From the NCBI GenBank assembly GCA_051362555.1, contig CM120643.1, positions 18,480,848 to 18,544,847 on the forward strand: DNA of 64,000 nt. The letters are read 5' to 3'. Positions 1-12,544 of the stretch are shown here, one piece after another. Both the position numbers and the translations under genes were made by a program. The stretch's first letter is position 1; every line of letters starts with the position of its first letter. This stretch comes from Lingula anatina. Lineage: Eukaryota; Animalia; Brachiopoda. A model generated the notes under the pieces. That model was given only the letters and a program-made list of their open reading frames with translations, did no database searches and was not told the DNA's origin.

Positions 1-2009
1 GAATTGGCAAAGATTTAAAAGTTATAAAGATTTAAAAGTCCCATGCAATAGCTTATCATGACAATTTCCTTCACTTATCTTGACTGACAGGTTACCATGA
101 CGCTACCTCCAAGTGCCCATTCACTTGCACACAATAAAAAAACTACATGAAATGCCAAGTTCATTTCTCCGATTTTCCTCATGCATAAAGGTGTTTTGAA
201 TGTTTCCTAATGTATACCGTAGAAAAATTAAATGGTATTTGCCTTTATTATCAAAACAGGAAAAACACCGATAATTTAATGGTGGGTTTCGGTAGGACCT
301 ATGCAAAATAAACATTTATGTATTCGATTTCTGATAATTCTTCTGCGTTATTAACTTCAACTGTTGTGATGTTTATCGTGATACAAGGTTCTTGGACTTA
401 ACATGGCAAACAATGTTGTGTAGTCCTAGTAATTACTGAGGTTTTTATTCTTCATTTACCTGGATTATATTGACCAAATACGGAGACATTATCCAGAGAA
501 TTGGGAAAGCCGATTTGAAACAGAGGATGTTGGAAAAAATTCGATTTCCTTAATTTTTCAAGACAAGGATATAGGTATTTTTTCAACAGATATCTTTTGA
601 ACAATTATCTCTCGGAACTGAAACGTCAAAATTTGTAGAAAAGCTTCTTGTCGCGTTTAGCGTCTGTTAATGCATTTGGGTAGCCCCCAGGGGCATAACA
701 AAAGATGTAATTAGAACCTTTCTGATTTCAACATGAACATACATACAATTGAAAGACAATTGAAGTCCAAAAAAAAAAGCACTTCCAAATAAATATTGTG
801 TCGGTTTTGAAGCGTATGCCGTCTCCTGTTGTACATCAACGGAGAGCGAAGGAAAGTTACCATCAGTATTCTGAAACTTGGGGTGTGCGAACCTGGTGTA
901 CATTATGTGTGCGCCAGGAGCGCTCTAGATTTTGATGACACGCCACTGAGTATTGCCAATTTAAACAAAACAGTATAACTTTGATTTAAGTGCACACTTT
1001 ATCTCATTTTATACATAAGTTTTATATTCACGCCAGGACGTAAACGCTTATGAATATCTGAATGCTCCAGAGTATTTGTTATTCTGTGGTAAATCCATAT
1101 TTTTGTTGTGTCAGGTACCTCTGCTATTACACAGATGGGATGCAATGAAAATGTACACTTCCTTCAGCACGGTAGTCTGAAGACGGTTTGTGTTAAAACG
1201 ATGCTGAAGGCGGACCTGGCTGCCTAGGTTATGCACACATGTTTGTCATTAAGATATATCTGACAAAACTCGATCACTGCCCAAATACATTATCCCAAAG
1301 TTCATCTTCTTCTTGCTGGATCCGATTATTCATTAGCCTCATGGATGAGCGATAACTAGTAGGTAAAAAAAAGAGCACTTATGTTTGATATCTAAATACG
1401 TTGCCAGCTTTTGATCCCTGTACAAACAGATCGTTCTCGTTCTGTGACTTTTTCTGGCATATCAGGTTGTTCATTAGTTTTTCAAATTACTCGATAAATA
1501 GTCGGTCTTAGTGCATTAATGAGAAGAACGCTCTAAGGAAAGCAGACTTTTCACCGGTGTGTTATTTTCAAAAATATAAATCATTGTTTTTGTATGGAGG
1601 CGCACTCACCCACTTATCAGAACTGTTCTTAATTAAAACAGCCTATTAAAATTTTGTGTTTGAATGGAAAGGACATCTAAATTTACGACTAAGATAAAAT
1701 TTGAGCCATCAAGGATCATCAAAGGGCGAAAGGGCGATCATCTTCTGGAATCATCCTTAGCGGAGTAGCCTGAAAAACTTTATTACTTTTCTTTTTTTTA
1801 AATGGCAGCGCAACATAGTTTTTTTTATTCTAAGACAAAGCTGTCTTGTTAGGCACTGATTTATTAAAATGCAAACAGTTCTAAATTTAACCGTTATTCG
1901 AAAAAACTATTTTGTGTCCCTTTTGCTGCAAGGTAGACTCGGGGCTTAATGGCATTTAACACAACCTGATGCCCACTCCAAGCTTGCTTCATAAAACTTG
2001 ACCGGTGCA

Positions 2010-2200
2010 TTCTCCTATGCGTGCATCTTACAGTATATTATCGCGAGAGAGAACGGCACCCAAGATGTGTCGCGTTTCTTGATCTACAAGCAAGTTGAAA
2101 TGATGCCTAAAAGATTCCTCGAATAAACCGAGGTCAGGTCCTCGTTTAATAGAAATAAGATCCATATGATGCTCATTAGAGAGAAGAACTAAGAATCTTT
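2010..2200 (+). pseudogene. Decayed Tc1-like transposase N-terminal (HTH) fragment
   Basis: Frameshifted + strand translation ENGTQDVSRFLIYKQV / SNKPRSGP / IHMMLI parallels ENEGHKVSRQAIYYVL..ADKPRSGRP..RHMNVI of the transposase at 32596-32934. Confidence 0.4.
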
Positions 2201-2219
2201 GTGAAAAACATGAATCTGC

Positions 2220-2560
2220 AAGGTGAGAAATGCGGTTGACCAAAGCACGTGTTGTTATTTCTGCACAAATGAGATCTAAAATAATAACATGGCACATCAT
2301 GGCACACTTAAGTTGATGCAGTTTTTGCAAGCGTTGGGCAAAATTATCTTTGCGTATTCAATCTCACGAAGACTTTATAGTGGGTCCTTACTTCATTTGG
2401 CCCGATAAACCAACAAAAAGATCATGACAGGAACCACTCCAAATTATGTACAATAACAGTTGACCGCCCTTTGCAAACTTGCTAAAAAGCATTCAAAATT
2501 TATACATCGATACCTTGATAACTGGTTCGTGAAACTCAAGCATTTTATCCTAAAGTAATA
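2220..2560 (-). pseudogene. Decayed PIF-Harbinger/ISL2EU-like DDE transposase fragment
   Basis: Minus-strand NQLSRYRCINFECFLASLQRAVN and TTRALVNRISH resemble the YSxYKxxNTxKxL..G.I.F.S and TR.IA..RIHVER motifs. Shares an exact 23-mer with the relic at 8656-8678. Confidence 0.35.
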
Positions 2561-3117
2561 GCCATTTTAGGAACCTGAGGCGGCCGAAGACCTTTGTCGA
2601 TCACTCAAGCTGATTGATTTTGTTGTATATTGAAAAGGTGGAATAAATCTGAAGTAGAGAAAAACATTAGTTGATTAGAACTCTTCATTATAAAAAAACG
2701 CAAAAATGTGTAGAGGTCAAAGTTAGGTCGTTTTACTGTTTGTGCGTCTCACACTAGAAGAGAAGTCAGGCGTACTTTTCAGTGTTGTTCTATTCATAAC
2801 TATTTACTACCATGATAGGCCTATTCGATTTCCAAATTAAATAATTTATAAACACCAATGAAAAACATCAGAAGAACCAACAGTGTGCAATTTAGTTAAG
2901 TGTGAATGCTTCCACCAATTACCTTTTGTCCTTTTTAATCTAAAGCCGAAGAAATTGGACACAGTTTTGCTTCTCCCTCGTGTGTATTATGTTGTCAATT
3001 GGAAATGAAATGTCGCCGAGATTATTTACACCACCGGACGTGCACCCGAGGCCAAAGATAGTTCAATGTATTGGTGAGCCAATCTGCAATCTTCTATTCT
3101 TTCCTTCTTTTAACCCC

Positions 3118-3120
<3 letters not shown>

Positions 3121-3163
<43 letters not shown>
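3121..3163. repeat. (CT)n microsatellite; many similar CT/CA/TA tracts occur throughout (e.g. 6677-6748, 16313-16387, 17548-17624, 37045-37137, 48275-48342)
   Basis: Read directly from the sequence. Confidence 0.95.
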
Positions 3164-3167
<4 letters not shown>

Positions 3168-6100
3168 GAGCCAGTGTAAAAAACTGGTAACACTATTCCA
3201 TCTAGGGTTTTGGAAGTCGGTATTGGTTTGTTTAATATCAGATAAATAAATAAAAATCCACTACAAATAGGACACATCAGGGTCGCATTAACAGTATTTC
3301 CTACAGTTGACGCATGCGAAATCAAAGTGAAATCATATTCGTCCATTTGAAAGACTGATATTTAAGATATATGAAAATAAGATTAAATACTTTCTCTATT
3401 TGCTTATCAGAGCCCATGGGCTAGAGATTATTTTCATGGTCGGTATTGCGCATGTTACAGTCCCTTTTTTAAATAAATGCCATATATATATATCGCATAT
3501 AAGGGCGTAAAAACTTAGCCAGGTCTTTGTCCGTCTCTAACCTCCTTTTTCACCTTAAAACAGTTGTCCCAATCAGTACTTTGATTGATATGTGAGTTCC
3601 GCATTCTTAATTTTTAGAACCTAAAATGCAATCAAAGACCCCAAGAAACCCAAGAAAATTTTCCAATCCTTTTTGGAACATTGATTTTTCATGGAATTGT
3701 TAGGCTAGGGAAATAAGATAAAAGTCTCCTACTGGAGCCCCTGATGTTTTCCATTAGTCTTTAAGGGCAAGAAATTCCAACTTCATTTCTGAACGCAATT
3801 TCCAGAAAAGACCAAGAGGAACGAAACGTGTGAATCACGTTAGGGTTTCCATTTACAAACCCCTGTGGATTTGGCAATTGTGTCCTTCCTTTAATTCCCC
3901 TTAGATTTTTTTGTTTGAAGATAATATGGAAACGTATTCTGTTGTCAAGTAGTCAAATATGCCACTAAGTTGTCATGAAGCATAACATCAAGGGCGAGAA
4001 AATAAAAAAAGAAAATCTAATCTCTATAGGCAACATGTTGCGTGGTGTTCTCGCATGTTGCCATTTCAACAGATTCTTTAGTTTGGGATCGTCAGTATTC
4101 GAATATGTACATGTATATCAAGAACAACACTAACAGTTCCGATCTGCGGTTTCCACTCTTTGTTTTTGTTTGATTCAGACTTGGACGAATAAAACGCTTT
4201 ATTCTCCAAGATTCAGACAACTTTCTGAATTCGTGACTATTCTGGAAAGTGTGAATGGAATTTTTTTAAGTGCACGCTATAACCTTTTTTCTTTCTAGCG
4301 CTTTGCGTTTTAAAGGTTTAAGACAAATCGTTTTTCATGAAATCTAGGATGTTTATTTGGGATTCATCTTCCAGCTTGTCAATATTGCAGGGACCGACCG
4401 CGACAATTTCTCAGTAAAGACGTCTAGCGAGTCTGTAGTGACCGAAACTTCAAAATGACAGATTGCAATCGACTGGGTTATTGACGTAACTTGGACGCGC
4501 TGTAACCTAGAAGCAAGAAGCTCCGGTTTGTTTTGTGTTCTTGACAGCCCCTGTCCGCGTTGATTGACGAGAAGTCGTCCGACAATTGACAATTTTCTTT
4601 ACCAGGGAATATTTTGATTGATGAGAAAATGCGTCCTTTACGCCATAGATAAGTCATCATTGAAAAGCAACGGTTTCAAGAAATGTGAAGGCAATGGAAA
4701 TTAATGCTGATGGAACAAAAAAATAAAAAATAAAAAACAGCAACACATTTTGGTACCTGAGGCCATTGCCAAAGACGAAAAGAAAAAGTTTTTTGGTCCA
4801 TTCTACATTGTCCATTTATTTATGATGTAAGAATCTGTTCGTATCTGACGCAGTTCATACGTTCTCAAGCTAAATGCCAATTTTCTTGTTGGGCTGCTAA
4901 ATAGAAAATCAATATGAAACTAAAACACAACAGTGGTTAAGCGATTTGTACACATTCACCACATATGAAGGCACTGTGAACACAATAAGATGCAACTTTG
5001 TTGCAAGAAGTTAACAAAACAACGGATCGGGGAGGGGGTGGCGGGAAGACGCGCGCCCCTCCCTATGCTTGTGGTACATCGCTCATCTTTCTCAAACACT
5101 CAAGTAGCATAACTAGGAAACCAAACAGTTTTTCATCCCTTTGCTTAATTTTGTAGTGAAATTGTCCTCACTTATTGTTGTACATTTGAAAATTTTACCA
5201 TTCTTGTGGCCCCGACACACACTCGAGCGTGCGCACCTGCACACGCACATGCATACACACGCACGCTCCACACGCAAACAAACACACACACACAGAAAAA
5301 TCCTGGATTCACAAGTGTAACCTAATTCAATAAATATATCAAAAGATTTAGATCTGCTGATGAAAGGTTTTAGGAAATCTGAGTTTGTCCATACGACTGA
5401 CTTGCCACCTTAATTAACTTCCTGTCATTTATTTATTTATTTTAAAATGAAGTAAAAGCAGCTATGCTTTAAAAAATAAAACTGGTCGACACGTGGCTTT
5501 GTTCTGCTTGTTTAAATGGAAAAAAGAAAAAAGTCGCGACTAACCACAAAACGAATGGACGACAATTTACAATGTATCTGTAGTGAATAGTGCAGTGAAT
5601 TCTATGTTCTTGATATTTTTACAACACTATCTGGTATTTCGCACCAATGGAAGGTGCAATCTCTTTATTGGAACATCCTGCCCCCAAATGTTTCACGAAA
5701 CAGATTATACCCCACTTATGGAAAGAGATCAAAGTACGGAAAGAAATGTAAAATTACCATTAATGGATTTCATATATCATTTTCAGTCCCTTGGGAAGTA
5801 ACTTTTGTTTTTGATTCCGTGCAATATGCGTACATCGCTTACAGTGCATGCACATGTGGAATGGTTCAAAATACCCTGGATTCAAGATTACGTTGATTAT
5901 TTCATGGACACCGACATTTAAAAATAAACATCCTTTCTGTTTTATTTTATTCTCTTTTTAAATTTGAGGACTGCATAAAATATCGTGTACGATCAATCTT
6001 TGTTGTGCAAACCTGAATATATTGTATTGTGTCTAAGTATGTTATGACTTCATTTATGTATTTATTATTTAATTTTATTTTGCGCCATGTTTATCTTCTT

Positions 6101-6556
6101 GCCATTCCGTTTTACATTGCAAAATTTGCTGGAAAATTATACCCATTTTGAATTGCTTCTATTTTTCTGGCTCTGCAGAAATAATGGACCCACGTACACT
6201 GTAATTCATTTGTAGCTCGTTTAAGTAAGTCAGCTAAGGCAGTAATTCTGTTATTTTAAAAGCATGTGTCAGACATTTGGAGCGCTAGGCTTTCTGGAGA
6301 TATAAAATAAGATCTACTGTAATATAGTAAAAGTTGAGATACACGTACCTAAAAGGATGGCCGAAGGTTAAAACAATTTAATGCGCAATTTCATGTGACC
6401 GTAGATTTCCTGACTTCTGTACATTAGATTAGATAAAAGAAAAGTGTTGCCCTCAAAAGATCAATGAGTATTGGAAGACAACAAGAGACAGGAGTCAATG
6501 AGATCAGTCTTCTCTGAGTGAAAACAGAACCCCAAGCATGTTATTTTTATTATTAG

Positions 6557-6587
<31 letters not shown>

Positions 6588-6690
6588 TTGGGGGGGGGGG
6601 GGGAGGGGAGGACTTTTCGCTGAGGATGACCAGTCCATTCGCACGACTGAAAATATCATATGATGCGCGGGCGCGCACACACACACACTG

Positions 6691-6752
<62 letters not shown>

Positions 6753-8443
6753 TGTGTAAAAACCACAGCGTTAACTCTATTCCTAGAAAACGAAAATAAC
6801 TGATAATTGTGAAAAAGCCTACAAAATACACAACATGCAATATTCTGGATGTACATGTACCAAGTATCCAATAACTAAGGGTTATTCCAGATCTGTAGAA
6901 TTTCCTGTGACAGATGTATTTATCCAGTCCAATGCGTTCATTTTGTATCCATTCTGAACTGTAATGAAAACTGGCACCGCTTATTCAACTGATAAGGCAG
7001 GTAATTTTTCCAGACACAAGATTGAGAGTGAAAATCAAACGTCCATGTCAATCTATTGAGTCGCGTCAGTTTTCAATTACCAGCGTTATTATTTAGCCCA
7101 ATATCGGCAACGCTCGAGCCAATGGTTCCTGGGTTTCACAAATAGATGTTATTTATCATACGTTTAACGGAAGTTCATTCACTTTCAATTTCAAGTGCTA
7201 AGTGAATATCAACTAGAATTGACTTCGTATCTGTTCAAAACAGTAATTTCGCCATCGATTATCTTAGTCCTTCCTATCAATCGTACTCAAAGCGATTTCC
7301 TAGCTCATCTTTCGATGTTACTTGTTTTCTCCATGAAAACATGCCTGGCTGTCCTTTAGATTGGAAGCTCTAAAGATGATTAGCGACGTGTTTATACAAT
7401 ATTTTGTCATATCCACATGAGCAATGTTCAGCACAATAAGCAAAAAAGCGGTCTTTGAAACTTAAAATGTGCTAGAAAGTATCTAGTTGTTTTAAAATCA
7501 AACTTTTGAGTCGACGGTCACGGAAAGAAAAAATTTCGCAGCGGTTAGCTTGAAGAACTGGTTTAAGGTGCGGACCTTTTTTTTTTTTTTTGTGGTCCTT
7601 GAAACAAGTGACCGGGAGATGGGCGCTAAACGTGAAAGGTCGGATTCTAGACAGGAAAACAAGATCCCGAGTTTTAGAGATTCACAGAAGGTGATCCACG
7701 GACCAACAGATTAAATATGACCAACCCATCTGAAAACTTTCCGCCTTATCCCCGCTGGAAATCTATTCAGTGTCTATCAAGCTTTTAAGTGGGTCAGCCA
7801 TGATTGATCCGTGGATATGTTAGTCGGCGTATCAACTTGTTTATAATGCGCCCTATGTCAAACAACAGCCTGGAGAGTTGCTGCGCCTTATGTTTATAAG
7901 ATGGAGAAATATGTTTTTCTGTACATAATCTAAAACAACATTTATCGCCAAACCAACAAAAGTTACCACTGTCAGTTATATCATATTAAGGCTATTTCAA
8001 ATTGAGATTTCAGATATTTGATGAAGTATGGGCATGGCCAAATGCGTGTCAAGCTTCCATTTATCTTTAATAAATATAATTGCGTCATGATTAAATGAAC
8101 AGAAGTTGCGATTATTGTCGCGAATATTTTTTCAATTCAAAAAATTAGTTTTTTGAAGAAACAGGACACGGTTTTCAAATAAATCTATGTCCACCCTTCA
8201 CTTTGCCTTAAATAAAACACATATCCCGCGACAGCGCTCCGATTTTTCTCCGAGCTCACATTTTGCGACTTCTGTTTGGTTTCACGTAGAGTGCTAGATT
8301 TACGACACAGCTTTGATCAGATTTATGGGAAACTTTTCTCGCAGTTCTCCACCGGTGCACAGCAGGTCTGAAAATTTGTGTGTTTCCGATAGCAAACTTT
8401 ACTCCAGGAAATCTGTCTTGTGTAAAAGTGCATGAAGACTGCA

Positions 8444-8678
8444 TTATATGTATATGATAAAATCCAGGAGAGTTTTAATGAGGCCTATATTTTTTTCAAT
8501 TAGACCGACAGGTGCGCTCATATCACAGTTCTCCAGGTGTGAAGATTTATTGCTCAATCTTTTCCTAACAAAATAACAACGTCTTGAAAGAAAGGATTCA
8601 ATGGTAAAAATAAAATTTGCAGAGTACGCAGATTCTTTCATAAATGTAGAAATGAAGTTGACCGCCCTTTGCAAACTT
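8444..8678 (-). pseudogene. Decayed PIF-Harbinger/ISL2EU-like DDE transposase fragment
   Basis: ORF 8444-8674 has AVNFIST..SANFIFTIESFL..RKRLSNKS..LIEKNIGLIK, in the order of the G.I.FIS / ADRGF.I..LL / QLS / HVER.IG..K motifs. Confidence 0.4.
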
Positions 8679-11379
8679 TAATACAAAAAAACGAAGTCAT
8701 ATCTATTTGTATTTTTGAAATTTAAAGTAACAAAACGGGCAAGAAACAAATCTCTTCATTTTGAGTGGATGGAGCCCTTCCCCCTCCACCGCCCCCCCAA
8801 CCCCCCCCCCCCCCCCCACCCCAGGATGCTATTATAAAAGAAACTGATTACATCGAATCTGAGTTTAAGGTGCATGTCACACCTGTTCTCGTAATAATAG
8901 AGAATTATCACATTCTTTTCACATAGAAAATTGGAAAAAATATCACGAAGCGACCTTAATGGACATACTGTATGTGGGTTTTCACAGTTACTCTGAGGTC
9001 AAATTAAGTTTGCTGTAAAACCTCTCTTTCTTTGTTTGACGTACAGTAGGTAAGAAATCACCTGAGATAGCTTAGGCTGTCATCACTTTGACTAGAGACT
9101 AGAAATCCTGAGAGAATCAACTTGGGGGGTGGGGGCTTTTTTAAAAGTATTAAGTGTGAACTTCTATGCGTTGGTAATGGTGTTTAGAAAGCAGTACAGA
9201 AGTAACATGCAAAACACTGTGAATAAGTGCTGTTTAGCAAAATTACTGTAATTCTACAGAACATAAGAAAAAAAAGAAATATATTCGTAGATAAATTCAG
9301 TCAGTTTTTATGGTTGGCGCACCGCAAGCTTCTCCTAATCGCGCGAAATCTCGTTGACTTTACGCCAAGTTTCGAAACTTTGGGATATCTCGGATGATTG
9401 TCATTGCTTGAGTCACGCTATTGACCGTAGTTTTTATTCTCAAGTGACCCTATAATACCAATATCTTCAACAATTATTACATAACTACATTGACTCTGAT
9501 GCGAAATTCAATTTGCCTATATTGCATTTCCAGTGACAATCCATGGAAGGTGTGAACTCACTGCCAATATGATATAAAAGACTTGATTGAGGTTACAAGG
9601 TTCAGGAATTTCCTTCAGTGGAGGTTGGGGGAGGGGGAGGGGAGGGGACAAAGATAAAGAATGATCTGTAGACGAGGACAAATGTACTGTAGTAGGGCCT
9701 ACACGAAAATAAAATGGTTGTCTGTTTCGTCTTGATTCGTTTTGCTCGTTTAACTGTATTAACAGGGAGAAGAGCTACTTGTACCTCCGAAAGTGGGAAG
9801 GGGTTCCCGTTGTGTCCCCCTTCCTCCGGATCCGTAATTCAGTTATTGATTTTCGAGCAACTATAGTAGCAACAATACCAGAATGTGTGTTTTTTCACCT
9901 AAAACTCATTACTTTTTCAAAACATCTATGTTTTTAAAGGATAGCATGAGTTTTGGGTTCACGCCATGAAAGGTTGCAAACAGTTGTCGCTTACCGCCCA
10001 ACTGCCAATCTCGACTATTTTCTGAAGATCGTGACTTACAAAAAAAAAAAAAAAAAAAAAATGATTGTCACGTTTTGAATATGTGTTCACGGATGGCAGT
10101 GATGGTTTTGGATCAAAACTTATTCGATTTTATGACGTCTTCGGTGCTTAAAACCGGCGTACGCTTTGAACCACCTCCGTGCCTTCTACTCAAGGGCAAA
10201 AGACTGGCTTAATTTCTTTCATATTTTTTCATAAATCTAGGAATAAAGTGTTTGTGCTGTGGATTTAAGATGAGATATAAATTTGATACAAAATAGACAC
10301 AAAATAGATACAAATTGAATTTCTCAGAATCCTCAAAACGTCTCTAATACTTTACGTGAGTCATTATATTGAGTTACAAATGCAAAAACACATTAAAACA
10401 CATTTCTCAGTAAACTATTTAGAAAAGTTACTCGCATTGTCATCATGCACTCTTTGCGCAAAAAAAGCCAGTTATAATTTTCTGATCTAAAATGGATGAA
10501 AATGGTGTGTTAGGGCTATCAAAATAATACACATTACGGCAATAAAAATCCTGCTCACTGTCACTTTAATGTTACACGCTGTTCGTGTTTCTTTAAAGTC
10601 CCAACATTCTATAGATAGATTTCCTCGAGGATAATAAGCGTTATAATCTACTGAATTCTTAGTGACAATATCATAGCACAAATCTAGAGGAAATATATCA
10701 ATCTAAAAGTCAATTACGTTCTTAGCTATTAATGAATAAGTATAATATCAATTAATAAGTTTTAAATCCTCGTGTTGCCTGGGCTTTCCTCAAGCATTAG
10801 CCGCTATAGATGGCTAACGGTGTCGTCATCTCGGAGCGTCGTCGAGCTTTGACCGTCGTAAGGATATTGGATTGTATTTAAAAGTCGCCTATACAGCTTA
10901 TTGTCAATACTTTTTAATCTTAATTATAGGATATGAAGATAATTAATCAATTTAATGCATGATGGATTACAGCAAAGAATTCTGAATAATAAAAGAGTTT
11001 TTTGGCTACGACCGTGTCAGAAAGGTCGTATATCGGCAGTTTTCAGTTTTGCGCTCAATAAAACTGCTCTTTTGTGGGTATAAATCTGTATCAAAGCATT
11101 TAAAGCAAAAATAGAGAGATATAAAACGAATGAAATAAAAATAAAATGATAATAGAAAAGCACTAGGTTTCAAAGCTGTAATCTACTTTTTTATAAACAA
11201 TTTTAAAGAATTATTATTTTTAAAGGCTCCCGAGAACAGTATGGTCATGGGATGTTCGAGTCACACAACGAAGATACTTATTTTTCGAAATATTTGATTA
11301 AATAAGTTTCTACCAACATAATAAAATAAAGTTAGATGGATTAAGTCATAAGTGAAACGATAACTTTATCCTGGAAATA

Positions 11380-12495
11380 ATGAATCTTCATTAGCCGTTA
11401 ATAAGCGTGCTTTCATTAAATCAATAAATCATTTACCGGTTCATTCACATGATTACATATTGCTGAACTCTCATTAAACCAAATTTGCTTCTTCATGGCA
11501 AATGTTCACGTGGTGCTCCTGTACAGTATAACACGCTTTAATTAACATATAACACTTAATCAATAGCACCGCCCTCTTACGCACTAAGGAGGTCATAAAT
11601 AAGAATTAAGGAAAGGTTGAAGTGGGTAGTATGAGCGCGTGAAGAGGATATTTTATTCGAAGTTCATCTGAGAGCTCCGTGCGACAGTGCCAGCTCCTCG
11701 CCATTGATTTTCATTAAATAACAGCTCCGACAGCTGTTGTTCCGGGGGGTGTGACTTCCAGTGTAAACACAGGCATTCGATCCCCTTGTGTCTGTGTGCA
11801 TAACTAACGAATTCGTCACTAAATTATTTAAATTTTGCGATATTGGATCTACCCTAGCGCAGGAGAAATTCAGTGTCTTGCTCTGTGTAGCAGTGGAAGA
11901 AAACAGGCATTAATCGCACGCCGTACAGGGCTTTATGTGTTCTTAAGGACCCCTTTTCGGTGTTTTATCAGTGACACCCCCGGTCCTGTGAAATATTACC
12001 TAGAAAAGGGGTAACCCTGGAGAGGAGAAGGTTTCTTAATAAATACCACGACGATAACAACATCGCCTAACGAGGCTACAAGCTGTAAGGCAACGGACGA
12101 GTGGCGCTTTTACAGTTCGCTTCCAGACGGTAGGCCACAAGCTGAACGGAGGTTATTTTACTGCAGTGGCCCTGATAGGACGGCGCTATTTTACTTCCAC
12201 CTCTTCTTCTTCTCTACTACATCAACATCGTTGGAGTTTTGGGAGAGGGGTTGCTACTAGACGCTTTGCTACCGCCGGAAGTCGCGATAAGGTCAGCGCT
12301 CTCTTTAGATCCCCTCGCTTTAAGTGACTGAGCAAAAACACGAAGCGAAAGCGAGAGAGCGACAGAGAGCACAGAGGCAAGCAGAGGCGATGCAGTGGTT
12401 GTGAAACTTGCTCCCTCGCTCCAGAGAGACCGAGTAGATAGCTAAATAGATATATATTAATGGACTCACGCACCAGATGACATAGGATTTTATTT
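11380..12495 (+). promoter_or_regulatory. Putative promoter/enhancer and 5' UTR of the Ly6-like gene
   Basis: Repeat-free stretch with more GC/CpG than the surroundings, just upstream of the signal-peptide exon. CCGGAAGT at 12275-12282 overlaps TCGCGA. Back-to-back TTAAATCA and ATAAATCA (Pbx/Hox-type) at 11416-11431; GGTCATAAAT at 11591. Confidence 0.4.
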
Positions 12496-12544
12496 ATGGA
12501 GATCTATTTCTTAGCTGCTGTTTTTACAACAGCACTGTCTATGG
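12496..12544 (+). CDS. Ly6/uPAR (quiver-like) protein, probable coding exon 1 (signal peptide MEIYFLAAVFTTALSM-G)
   Basis: ATG plus 16 mostly hydrophobic codons, then a strong phase-1 donor G|GTGAGT. The phase matches the acceptor at 36845 and gives ..ALSMGDA/IRCY. The link across a 24-kb intron is inferred. Confidence 0.6.

Noticed and set aside
2500-2590. Plus-strand YIDTL..KVIAILGT similarity to a Tc1 C-terminus
   Set aside because: The same bases are better explained by the minus-strand Harbinger/ISL2EU-like reading.
3110-3346. PCGF/BMI1-like RING gene start
   Set aside because: Only the first CxxC is present and the frame runs into a GA microsatellite; not callable as a gene.
6504-6871. 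Cys/Val- or Arg/Glu-repeat ORFs (also 16265-16482, 17527-17742, 29708-29923, 36870-37419)
   Set aside because: Translations of CA/GT and CT/GA microsatellites.
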